Below are positions 40,501 through 53,119 of a DNA stretch of 64,000 nt, piece after piece. Position 1 is the first letter of the stretch. Each line of letters opens with the position of its first letter. The stretch is from Antedon mediterranea (taxonomy: Eukaryota > Animalia > Echinodermata). The notes under the pieces are model-generated. The model was not told where the DNA came from, did no database searches, and saw nothing but the letters and a program-made list of their open reading frames with translations. The DNA lies in NCBI RefSeq assembly GCF_964355755.1, contig NC_092676.1:18432871-18496870 (forward strand), given 5' to 3'. A program made the translations under genes and the position numbers.

Positions 40501-43500
40501 TTACCATATTTGCATCATCGGACAAAAGACTGGAAGAATCACGGAAAAGCTGGCGAATTATTGCATTGCTATCAGGATTTAGATACTGTGAGGACTGTGA
40601 GATAGAAAAGGGTTAGTTGTAACAGGTTAAAAAATAAAACTATTAAAAGTAAAACAAGATAAAATGTCGTACAGCCAACTCTGTCAATACCATACTCTGT
40701 CCTAAAAGGTTTCAAATTCTTTTTTACTATTAAAAAAACACATTTTAAGAACCATAGACCTGTTCAAGCTTAGTTATTTACCTGGATAAGTTGGCAATCA
40801 ACCCACAAAAGTTAGCGATATGTGGTTCAGGAAGTCAACTTAGCAGATATATAACTAAGTCTGAACAAGGTCATAGGTAAGGATGTTCAGTATTGAGAGT
40901 GTTAGCGTATTAAAAAATCAATTAATTTAAATTGTCCATATTTATTATTATTATAATAAAAGGAAGCCAAGTTAGTAGATATATAACTAAGTCTGAACAA
41001 GGTCATAGGTAAGGATGTTCAGTATTGAGAGTGTTATTGTATTAAAAAATCAATTAATTTAAATTGTCCATATTTATTATTATAATAAAAGGCATTATAA
41101 AATTGATTTAAAAAAACAAAACATTATAAAGAATAACTAAAAGTTTAAAATGGTTAAGTAAAATATAAAAATTAAGATTAACAGCAAAATCAACCTACCT
41201 TTTATCAGTTTAGTTAGGTCTAAAAAACTTAAATTTAAACAAGTGCCAAACCAGGACATTTCTATTTGCTTAAATCCTGCTACTCACTGGCCATCAACAT
41301 TTTTTTTTAGCACTAAACATTTACTCAAGATGGTTACCATGATTTGATTACACTGGATATGCTGTAGGTGGCAATTTAAAACCATCAAAATGGCCATACT
41401 AAAAAATAAACCAACCTACCTACACTATTTTTCAACCTGTTAAGTCAATATAACTTGTTTAGGCCTAATACCAAAACACAATGAATTAACATAACTACTT
41501 TGGTCGTTGTAAAGACCACAGTCACCATCATCAATGAATTAATAACTGTCTAAGTAAGCCTTATGGGCCAAGAGGTCAGAAGAGGTTAGGTAAGAAATGT
41601 GTAAATAATAAGAAAACTTACAGGAGTTTCCATTGTTCCAGGCATAGTGTAGAAGTAGTTGTTTGTGGATTTCTTTTCATCTGCCCAATGGTTGCTCAGT
41701 GTTTTTCTCACTTTCGTTGTAGGTGTATCAATCTGCAAAACAAAATTGAAAAACAAAATTACAAAGTATATCCTTTGTCCTGAAACAAAAGAATGCTATT
41801 ATACTGTAAACAAAAGAATGCTATTGTACTGTAAACAAAAGAATGCTATTATACTGTAAACAATATGTGCAGTGTATACAATCATGTGTGTGTACTTAAA
41901 ATACCTAAAAAATGTATCAGGTACATATCATCTTGTCATGATTTTCTGAGAATGTAGTAAAGTGAATTTAAGTCAAATCATATTTGCAATCTATGAATTA
42001 TTGATTTGTATTGGTTATTTTAAATAAAGCTTTTAATAATACAGGTTATGGCCTGGGTCTTATCACTAGGATGCCAGCCTTCGTTCAGAAAATTAAGGAT
42101 CTACACCTAAGCCTGTGTACTTCCACCCGCATAGTGGAATAGCTCGACGGATGAGCTCTACTGGAGATTACAAGGTCAGGTGATACCAAGATCAGTCGTC
42201 ATATATCTAAAGTTCTGTCTATACTATCAAACTATTTTTACAAAAAAAGTGTGGTGTGCCCATGTATGGTAGTGATGTGCCCAAATATGGTAGTGATACA
42301 ACATCATCATGTCCATATATGGGCACATCACATTTTGTTTGTCACATCAAGTTTGATAGTGTAGACAGAGCTTAAGTATGTGATGTATACATTCAAAGTA
42401 AGTGTTTTATCCTGAATTAACTACTTTTAACTCCTGAAATTACTACATCATTACCTGGTTATGGTTCCTCTTTTGTTTCAGGTCAGACATTTCTTCCTCT
42501 TTCTTGATGATCTCTGATAAGTCTTCCACAAGATGATCTGGTGTCTGGGGCTTAAAAACAAAATGACAAAATGTTTCAAATGTTAATTCTTCCTCAGATT
42601 GCTAACTACTTAAGATTTGCCATTTGTTGCTTAAATACTAATACCAATACTAATTCTATCTAATATATAATTACACTACTTACTAATTATACTTAAGTAA
42701 CAGCACCTCCATTGTAGTAAAACAATACACACAGAATTTTAGTTAATTATTAGTATTTTAGTTATACAAAGAGAAATATTTTGATACAAATTTACAGTTT
42801 TTATAAATGGGAAAGAATTCTAGTACACTTTCTTTTGAAAAAATTACTCACCAGCCTGTGTATAGGTCCACCCTTCTTCTCCAAGGCTGCAAGTGCATCT
42901 TTTAATGGTGTTGGTGTTCTTGGAGTTTCCAGCAAAGCTCTGCGAATCTTAGGTGTCCTAAAGAACCCACTAGAATAAAGTATAAATTGGATTAAAAAAA
43001 ATAATCTCACATAAACCAGTTAAGATTTATAGACACTGGTTAGGCTGTAAGTTAAAATTACATTTAAATTAGCAACCTAACTAATTGGTCATCAGTTAAG
43101 ATTTATAGGCACTGATAGACACTGGCTGTAAGTTTAAATTACATTTAAAACTAATTGATCATCAGTTCAGATTTATATTCACTGTGAAGCTCTGTCTACA
43201 CTAACAAACATTGTTTGTAATCCATATTGCCATCCATAAAATACACAATACAATACATTATAGTTTGAAATTAACAAAATCATATAAAAACTAAATAATT
43301 ATACAGTTATGGAAAAGCAGAGGATAACCCTTTAAGCTGGGAAGCTTGTTTCAGAAGGGAGTTATACAAAATGTGATGTGCCCATATATGACAAGATGAT
43401 GTTATATCACTACCATACTTGGGCACATCACAATTTTTTTGTCAAAATAGTTTGATAGTGTAGACAGAGCTTAAATGATGAGATATCATAAAAACACTGA

Positions 43501-46500
43501 TCAAGTCCTAACAATCAAAAGTATTTTATTAGTAAGTAGTAAAAACCCAAAAGTAGAATAGAAAACTCCACTCGAAAGTTATTTTTCACTACTTCTTCAC
43601 TGTTTCATTTGTAATTGTTTCCCCTTTTTCCGTAGTCATCTGAATTTATGACATCTACATCCACAATCTGAAGATATATGTTATAAACCACTCTACCTTT
43701 AATTTTTCTTTTTATGTAATCACATTGTAATGTTTTTTCTATTATATTTTGTTAATGGTGGTCTCTGCTTAAAGTCTATTTCTAGACTTATTTTGACCAC
43801 CATCCACATTCATAAATATTTAATGATTTATCAAGAAAATATATGTATTATTTGTGGAAAATTAATAAACAACAACATAGCTTTGAAACTTTTTTCAAGA
43901 TATAAATAAGACTTGTTACAGGACAATAATACTTACTCTGGTAAGTTTTCCTTATTGCTAGGTGTTTGGGTGAATAGCTGTGGTGTGCTAAGCAGACTGC
44001 TTGTACAGGGTTCCACCTTTGAGATTGGCGTCGATGTTAACTGTTGCTTACCAGGGGTAAATCCTATTCCAATTGGACTTGAATTAAAGAACTATAATTG
44101 AAAAAAAAATGCTAAGAATGAATATAACATCTTTGTAGAATTTGACATTATTTAATAGATGTAACTATTATATTAATGAATGAATTTTTAATGGTCATTT
44201 TGTAGTTTTAATAAAATTAATCACTTCCGCAGAAAAACAAAATTTTAAAAATTGTGTTTTTGTTAAATTTAATCAAAATTTAGTTTTTTAGGTAATCATT
44301 TTTTTCTCTGATCTAATTTTTGGTCAAAGTGAATAACTATTATGCAATATCAAATGGCATTTTCAACAACAAAATTTGACAAAAAAAAAACAATTTCAGG
44401 GGGACAATATATCTTTAAACGATAATAAGTTTATTGGCAAATTGGACACCAATTTATTGTTATTATTTTTCTTGAAGTGTAATAATAAACAGAATACTTT
44501 ATAATAATTACCTGCGATGGAGAGAATGTGAGAGGTTTAATGGGTGTGGTCTTGGGTGTGCTCGAGTCCTTAAATATCTTGATATCGGGTGTCTTTAATA
44601 TACTTGAATTACTACTCCTTGTACTTGTATCCAAATGCTTTTACAGAGAATTAAGAAACTAAACATAAACAAAACTGCCCTAAACTTGATAGTTTCAATC
44701 CTCATTTTTTAATTTAGATGATTACATAAAATAAAACATATCAATACAAAGAAAGCCAGTAGCCCCGGATTTGATGTCTGATTGTATTTTTGTATAATTG
44801 TGTATCGTTTATAAAAGGCCCTCTTCAAGTCAGCTGTACTGCTGTAGTACAGCTGATAGAGATACCCTTGTAAAACAAAGTTGAATAAATATTAAATAGA
44901 AGTGGATAATACATTTTCAATATGCAAAATTACAGATTTTATGTACATTTTCATAACAAAAGTTATTTTTTACAAACAACAAGAGCTATGGGAGAGTTTA
45001 CTGAATAGAGAAAGTATTGTCATAAATTTCAGAAAAACATAAATTGGAATAATGCACTTACTGTTTAAATAAAACGATCTTAAACATCATAATATTGAAT
45101 CTCAATGGCAAGATTTCGGATTTGGCATAATTATATTTTTAAATAATATCAAAGGATACTGATCGCCTTCGCTTTTTCCTCAGTATGGTTGGTGGAGTAC
45201 TATACTTGGATGTGACGGGCGAAGTGATCGGTATCAGACGCCCTGATGTGTCTTTGGACAAGGACGAGATGGCATGACCATCAAATCGATATCCTAAAAA
45301 AAAACATTAGACATTTTATTTGGACTTATTATTACAAATTGGGATGAACTTAATTATTCATAAAAAATTATGTAAAAAAGTGAGACATTGTTTGTAATAG
45401 AGTTGTATAGTTTTGCTAACTTAACAGAGGCAACAACACTAAACTAAGGAAAGATAGACAATAGGCATTAGATTCAATCTTTCTCACAGTAAAAACAAAT
45501 CAGAACACTAGCCGCTACGCCAAATAAACATTCAGAATAATAATAATTAATTACAGTAGAACTTCTCATTTGGGACACCAATATAAACCAGTGGACACTC
45601 CTATTAAAGAGACACTTTGTTGGGTCCCAAAGAGTCCCCTTAATAGGGGTTATTTACTGTAATTAGCATACCTGTGGCTCCCTTTTGATGAAGCTTTGAG
45701 AATTTAATTGGTGTAGCAGTAATTGAGTCATCATCACCGAGAAGCATGTCAAATGTACTAAGGTCATCCAAATGTGGCTCTGGGTCTAGAAAGTTTGTAT
45801 CAGGCATATCTGGTAGATCTCTGAATAACAAAAAGGTATAGTTAGTAGTAGTAAAACATTGACATGGTGAGATGAAATATGGTGACATGTAAATGGTGGT
45901 TTATATATCCAAACTCTAATTTAATAATCAACTGCCCTTTCATGTCAAAATCAATGTACTACGACTTAATGCTCAATACGACAGAATTCAGATATAATCC
46001 CATCCTTCAAAAAAACTAATGCAATCCAAGTATATAATCCCACCTTCTGGTGTTATTTAATTTAGCAATAGATTAATGGGATTACACTAGGTTACATACA
46101 GTTTGAATGACTTTCCAGAAAAATCAAAAAGTCTATAATGTTTAGTTATTTAATCAGTATATTTTGAATATATATAATATTAAAAACCGTTTGGAAAATA
46201 TATGTAAAAAATAAACAGTAGACAGTTGGAAAAATTAATTTCAATTGGGTACCTGAATGGAGAAATAACGCCCTCATTGTCCATAACAATCCATCGCATT
46301 GGACTCGATTGCGCATTCATTCTGCCAGACATCTGTGTCGATGTTGAAGGTAACATGTTTCGTCTCATGTTTGTTTGAAGAATACCTAAAGATAAATTTT
46401 TTAATTAGCCTTGACCATAGAAATAATTCATGAAACTGTTAATAGTTTATTAAACGTGTTAATATTTTAGATAGGATGATATTATTTTAGATGTTCTTTA

Positions 46501-49500
46501 ATTTACAGAACAGTTTTTTTTTAACACACCAAATATAAAATAGCTTATTCTATTTTACATAAGTTAGAATAATTCTTAAACCTACAGGTAGAACTATTGT
46601 ATAGTCTAGTGGATGAGGCGTTACGGCAGGGGTACTGCAAACCATACCTACAAAATTGGCACAGGTTCAAGGCTATCCTTTCTCTCTATTCTCGGATAAG
46701 GAATTAAAACTTATGTGCATTTTAAAGAACCCAGTTCATCTTTCAGTAGGACATTACCACGGTGTACTGGTCCACCTCAGCCCGTCATTGTGGACAGACA
46801 AACGGGCACTGTTTGGTGGCAATTGTACGACACAAAGGATCCTTAAGTGACAAGAAAGTTGTTGTGTTTGTGTTGTCCACGTTCACACCTGTGCGCAATT
46901 CAGTCCAATAGGCTGTGAGTCGCAGATTATTCCCCAACATTTAATAAGCATAAACAACTTACTTCTCAGGCTACTATCTTGACAGTTGCTCTGTTGAGTA
47001 GCTAAGGCTGCATTACTGCTGATATACATAGGGTAGGGATTTGACGACTTGAAAAAAAAAAAAATTAAAGATATAAAAACATGACGTGACAATCCAAAAA
47101 CAATGGAGAGAATGCATTGTATTGAAAATAGATAATCAACAACTCTTTTTAATTATTATTTATTTAGTAATACTATATTAATACAAAATATATGTATTAC
47201 AAAATGCTATGTGCTATTATAGGACCCAGAAGTATGGTCAAACAATTGGATCTATACCCCATCAACTAGCAAATGACCTCATTTGACAGTCCTTATTTTA
47301 GGTAACGTTCTTAATATTTACCTGTGTATATTGGTAGTTGCCCGCTACCTGGTTCCTGGGTGAGTATGGGTTGGTTTTACTTTCTGCCTTTTTTTTCATA
47401 GTCGAATTCCAGTGGTTCTTAATTGCATTATCAGTCCTGACGCAATAAATAAAAACCAATTATTCATTTTTATTCTTATACACAGTACATACTGTACATG
47501 ACTTATGTTTTGAAATTCACCTGAAATGTGTGACCACCTTTAATATGAAAAAAAAATATGGTAGTGATTTGACATCATTTCCATATATGGGCACGGCATT
47601 TTTTTGGAACATTTTGTAAAACCGTCCAATGAAAAGAGGTTAGACAGATACAACTAAATTACAAACATAAAGGGGTACATTAACTGCGGTAATCATTTAC
47701 CTTCCAGGAAGCAGTTTGGCAATCTCTGCCCATTTGTTACCAAGACGCTTATGAGCTTCATAGATAATACGATCTTCTTCAACCGTCCAAGCACATTTCT
47801 TTATGTTTGGGTTCAGATGATTATGCCACCTGAATAAAGGAAGATATTATTACTAATATTCAATCTAAATTTTTTTAAATTAAAATTCATAACTCTAAAT
47901 GTATGTTACTGTAGCTACTGTGATTTAGGGAAATTTACATAACTGGTAATAGCGAAAATGAATGTCAATTAAGGGGATTAATTATGGTTCACCAAAAATG
48001 TAAGGGTTCCACAAACAATTAAAAAATAAGTCAGTAGAAAAAATAGTGACTTGACAAGGGAAGCGGAGATGAAAGTGTTTGTACAACGCTTTGAGATGGG
48101 TACCATATAAAGAACAATACAAATACATTTATGCTGTTAGAAGTCTGTTTTTACACTCACAGTATATCCCTGAACGCCTTTTTATATCACTGTGCTGTAC
48201 AACTAAAAATGGTAGTATAGTAACTGATTTTAATTGTGTTTGGAACCTACCTTAAATGTTTCTGCAAAATATTACCTACATTGATGGAATTTCAAAACTA
48301 TTTTCCTCAACCAATTGTTTATAAATACACTTTAGGCAATTTATTTGATGCAACACAATTTCTCAGATTATACACATACTGTACACAATCAGATTCACTT
48401 GTTAGGTACAATTTTTTCTTATTTATGATTGATATTAAATATGAATAAATATTATAAGAATACAAAATATTTTTACACCTACCGTTCCCTGCACTGTTTG
48501 CCTGTACGCCCAGTAAGGTACTTAGAGATAAGAGACCACCTTTTTGGGCCCAACTCCTTGACCAATCTAACGACCAAATCATCCTCCTGATATACAATTA
48601 ATCAAGTGAATTTATTAATAATAAAAGTGGTGTCATAATGTGTGCAAGAGAAAGAGAAGCAGTGCTGTACCAACAAGAGAATCTCAGTAGCCCCTACTCT
48701 AATTAAACTAAGTATATCTTAATGTATTGGTGCATCTATTGAAGATAGTCCTAAGTACGTTCTGTTCTGTGTCTACTGTTAGGACACTTAAATCAAATTG
48801 ATGCTGTATATTATTGAAACAAAGAGAAGTACCATGCCTACAAAAATGAATCTCAATAGCTGTTTCTAATATACTAGACAGTAGCACACCTTTCATTTTG
48901 TGACACAAAGAGACATACAGTACCATGCCTACAAAAAGATAGCCCCTAGCTTCTATTACAACTCGGACCCACATTCATTTGGATCAAGTTCCATGTCTAT
49001 ACAGCGAATCAAGCATCTATATCTGTAGACTAATTTTCAATCTCTGTATATGGTATTTTAATTTGGTCTGTGTATTGGAGCATCTAGAAGTGTCATGCAC
49101 AAAGGATGTATACAGTACTGTAGTACAATTTATCCTAACAAAACAATCTAAACTATAGTTTTTTGTGTGCTTCTCTCTTCGTTGATAACATCTTTTCTGT
49201 AAACTTTACAGTAACACTAGCCCTGTACGCAATCTGTTCCTTCTACTGACATCTTTTAGACCAATGTACCTTCCACAATCATTTTATACCAAATACAGTA
49301 TTCTACAATAGTACTACTTGACATTTGTGTGTCCACCAATTACAACCAGCAATCTCATAGCAACTCAGTACAGTAGATGTGATTGAACTAACAGTACGTT
49401 AAATTACATAGATCGATATATTGTCTCATAACCATTGTACTTACCATGGTAGTTTGACATAGGGTCCTGGAAGTACAAATATGCTATGTACCTAACCTGG

Positions 49501-52500
49501 CTACCTACCATTGTGTATAAGACACGTCACAATTGTGTTAGGCATACAGTACCTTTCCAGTTTCTCTGTTCTTCCTGATGGCAACTACCTCATTTGCAGT
49601 ACCTAACCTATCTACCTACCATTGTGTATATATAATTGTGTTAAAGCCTAGGCTAGCTGACCAGTATACCTTATTCTTTCTCAGCTATGAATGACCATAA
49701 ACATGGTCCATATGCCAACTGCCTGCTCATCACCTGCAGTACCTACCATTATACACAAGACATACCATAACTGTGTTAAAGCCTAGGCTAGCTGACCAGC
49801 ATACCTTATTCTTTCTCAGCTATGAATGACAATTAACATGGTCCATATGCCAACTGCCTGCTCATCACCTGCAGTACCTACCATTATACACAAGACATAC
49901 CATAACTATGTTAAAGCCTAGGCTAGCTGACCAGTATACCTTTCTCTACACTGTTTCCCTATTCTTCCTGGTAAATATTCAGCTATGAATGACCATCGAC
50001 GTGGCCCATATATGCCAACTGCCTGCTTATCACCTGCAGTACCTAACCTGTCTACCAACCATTATACACAAGACATACCATAACTGTGTTAAAGCCTAGG
50101 CTAGCTGACCAGTATACCTTTCTCTACACTGTTTCCCTATTCTTCCTGGTAAATATTCAGCTATGAATGACCATCGACGTGGCCCATATATGCCAACTGC
50201 CTGCTCTTCACCTGCAGAACCTAACCTGTCTACCTACCATTATACACAAGACATATCATAACTGTGTTAAAGCCTAGGCTAGCTGACCTGCATACCTTTC
50301 TCTACACTGTTTCCCTATTCTTCCTGGTAAATATTCAGCTATGAATGACCATCGACGTGGCCCATATATGCCAACTGCCTGCTCTTCACCTGCAGAACCT
50401 AACCTGTCTACCTACCATTATACACAAGACATACCATAACTGTGTTAAAGGCTAGCTGACCTGCATACCTTATTCTTCATGGTAAATATTTAGCTCCAAA
50501 TGACCATCAACATGGTCTATACACAAGACATATCATAACTGTGTTAAAGCCTAGGCTAGCTGACCAGTATACCTTTCTCTACACTGTTTCCCTATTCTTC
50601 CTGGTAAATATTCAGCTATGAATGACCATCGACGTGGTCCATATATGCCGACTAAGTGAGCTATCATATCATCTTCCTACAGTGCCATGAAATGGAAATA
50701 TGTGCAATGTGAAGAAAAAGAGCATGCATTTTACATTACATACAGTATGCATACATTAACTAGTTTGACAAAAAAAAAGTGATTTGCTCAAATATGGTAG
50801 TAATATGCTCAAATATGGTAGTGATGACATCATCGTGTCCATATATGAGCAAATCACATGTTTTTGTCACATAAAGTGTGATAGTGTAGACAGAGCATAA
50901 GAATAGCAAAAAACATTTGAATAAATACAGTATATTAAAAGTAGACACTACCAATCTCAGACTCTCTCAGACTTTTCTTGAGGTCCACAAAGTCCCAAAT
51001 TTTGTTTTAAAAAAAGTAGAAGTGTTTAAAAAAGATGATGATCGGATACCAGACTTTCCAGAAAAACCAGACTATAATTAGCCCAGGGTGTTTATGTTTT
51101 TAAATTTATTTGTAAATAAATAGATATTCATATTTCTGACAAGACCTGTACAATAAATATGTTAAATAAATTAGTTATTTTACTTCTTTTGTCCATGGTC
51201 CTTTTACAAGGTCAGGGTTCAAAACCTTTTGCCATCTCTGGATACAGTGCAACTCATTTCGGTCAACATAACTAGCAATCACTTTCCAATCGCTACAACC
51301 GTGGTAATCAACTGCATTTCTTAACTTGTCATCCTAAAATATAATTGAATTGAAACTTTGAATACAATACATCACTAGCATTGATCTACTGTATAAGTGT
51401 ACAGCAGATCAATCATTTATTTATTTACTTCAACAACAATATTTTATTTCATTTTTTTTTTTATTATACTTTGCTTAATGAGGGTGACTCAAAACAGCCA
51501 AGGATGTAATGCATGAGCCTGAGGCCGTCAACGAGTGGGTGGTCCATCCAGCGGAACCTTATCATTAGAAACACTCGGAACAATACTGACAATTTATATA
51601 TAAACATCAAAACTAATTGCCAGTGCTGATTGTTTGTATATTGTTATCCACAAATTCCCATTTTTAGAATGTAAACTAAATAGTTTCATGTAACTTGTAA
51701 CAAGTTGTAAGCAGGTTTGATCTTCCAATTTATTACACATTATCATATACATTATCGTTATAGCAAACGCACTGTGAGAAATCGTGGAGGATAGCATAGT
51801 TGATTGGATTTGTATGATTGGTCAGTTTAATACCAGGGCAATACCCATGTGTTCAGTAACTCTGAACAAAAAAAAACAGGCCTTTAATCTGTGTTTTTTT
51901 CCAAGATTAACAGGGGTCCTTTGTGAAATCTTGGGAGATTTTTCACAAAATAATCTTCACACCATGCAAACCTGGTTATAATTGTTACTACTTGCAGGTG
52001 TGAAAAGGGAATAAGTTACCTCTTCTTTTGTCCATTTACTACTATTTGAAAACCTTCTTGACCCTGGAAATAACCCTTGACTGCTATCCTGATCACTGTA
52101 GTCACCATAGTCATCACTAGAATCACTATCATAGCCACAACTACTGTATAAGAGATACAATTACAGTATTTTAAAAATATATTCAATTCAACAAACATTT
52201 ATTTCATCAAATGCCATTCAAATAATACAAAGCATAAAATGTGGACCAACCTAGTAGAAGTAAAACTTGTCTCAGTTGGCCCTTTAACATGGTTACAAAA
52301 TAATAACAAAATTCAGGATACATTAATAGCAATCGTTTAGCAAATATACTGGCTAATTACTAATTTAATAAACTTTATTCACTTTTAAAAATATTACACT
52401 AATTTCATTAAAATATAGCGCGTCATAATTGACCAGTCACAAGGTTAATTCATTATGCATTCCGATTAATTACCCACCAAAATATAGAGTATCATAATAT

Positions 52501-52954
52501 TAGTTATTACTATATTTAATACTATTATGTATAATTTTGTTAATGAGATGAGTGGTATATCAAAAAACAACATAAAATAAAACAATTAATTAAAGATTAA
52601 GAAACATTTTCAAGAAAATATATTGAAATGTCACATTATGATTATCTAAGTCTAATTTAATTATCTATCAATTATTAGGATTATTATTTACAAATATTAT
52701 TGAACAGTACACATTTAGGAACGCCTAAATTAATAATCAGTTGATCAGTTACATTAGGCCCTAGACTAGAGAGCAAACATAAGAAACCCGCCAGGTTCAG
52801 CAGGATATCCTCACTTGTCTTTGGCGCACTTCACCACTCGCACACTGAACATACACATCATACACACTTTTTTGCTCGAGTTGAGGCCTAAACTCTATTG
52901 ATAAAATGTAAGTCATAAACAAGGTAGTTCTCACCTAAATCGTGACTGCGACAT
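37524..52954 (-). CDS. MYBL2: Three-repeat Myb transcription factor (B-Myb/MYBL2-like), ~769 aa, complete
   Basis: Exons 52935-52954, 52020-52143, 51184-51333, 48483-48586 (or alternative 50573-50676), 47701-47829, 47322-47436, 46963-47047, 46253-46385, 45672-45820, 45160-45293, 44512-44637, 43937-44091, 42852-42969, 42455-42550, 41622-41732, 40505-40594, 38877-39032, 38121-38318, 37524-37640; phases are consistent. Motifs: R1-R3 repeats ([41 protein letters not shown]), [41 protein letters not shown] and C-terminal MuvB-binding [13 protein letters not shown]. No c-Myb LMSTEN activation motif seen. Confidence 0.93.
39144..39380 (+). mobile_element. tRNA-derived CORE-like SINE copy
   Basis: GTGGCACAGTG A-box-like, GGGTTCGAATC B-box, CCTTAGGCAAGACAC..CCACCCAGGTGTACAAATGGGTACC. 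Confidence 0.65.
42211..42372. mobile_element. Tourist-like MITE family B (other copies ~28265-28406, 31574-31696, 43188-43471 with insertion, 50758-50896 partial, 54331-54449, 58955-59105, 61924-62056)
   Basis: TIR AGCTCTGTCTACACTATCAAA/TTTGATAGTGTAGACAGAGCT, internal CCCAAATATGGTAGTGAT, TAA/TTA TSD; at least 8 copies. Confidence 0.85.
44638..45159 (-). other. U12-type (minor spliceosome) GT-AG intron in the Myb gene
   Basis: Donor GTATCCTTTG, branch site TTTCTTAAT ~12 nt before an AAG acceptor with no long pyrimidine tract. It joins ...LRKKRRRS to HLDTST... in frame. Confidence 0.85.
49480..50572. repeat. Tandem array (period 178 bp in intact units) derived from the 3' end of Myb exon 4a plus adjacent intron
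   Basis: Near-identical 80-bp exon-derived copies at 49940-50019, 50118-50197 and 50296-50375; internally deleted copies near 49551, 49669, 49804 and 50467. Confidence 0.9.
50573..50676 (-). CDS. MYBL2: Duplicated Myb R2 exon (exon 4a), candidate mutually exclusive partner of 48483-48586
   Basis: Pyrimidine tract plus CTGTAG acceptor, then 104 nt, phase 0 to 2 like the other copy, donor AG|GTATAC. Encodes [34 protein letters not shown](R) with no stop or indel. Confidence 0.75.
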
Positions 52955-53119
52955 TCTGAACGATCCACTTCCGTATATAAATTATGTTATTTCTATTTAC
53001 ATTTGTATTTAACTAACACAAAATGCTAAAATACAGACTGTATGATAGAGTAAACACCGACGAAAATATACAATGGTGACATCAACATTAGCGAATTCGG
53101 CGCGCAGTTTTGTGATTGG
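52787..53119 (-). promoter_or_regulatory. Putative Myb promoter/first-intron cell-cycle elements (E2F-like sites and CCAAT box)
   Basis: TTCGGCGCGC at 53096-53105 and CCAAT (minus strand, 53115-53119) ~150 bp upstream of the ATG; TTTGGCGC at 52820-52827 and TGGCGGG (minus strand, 52787-52793) in intron 1. Confidence 0.45.

Noticed and set aside
43572-43668. Exon-like stretch ([16 protein letters not shown]) in a Myb intron
   Set aside because: Wrong phase for the flanking exons, and it runs into a stop.
48587-49440. Search for a full-length WHNHLNP..WTxE linker exon that would make a true 4R-Myb
   Set aside because: None was found by eye; only the 22-nt micro-exon candidate fits the phases.
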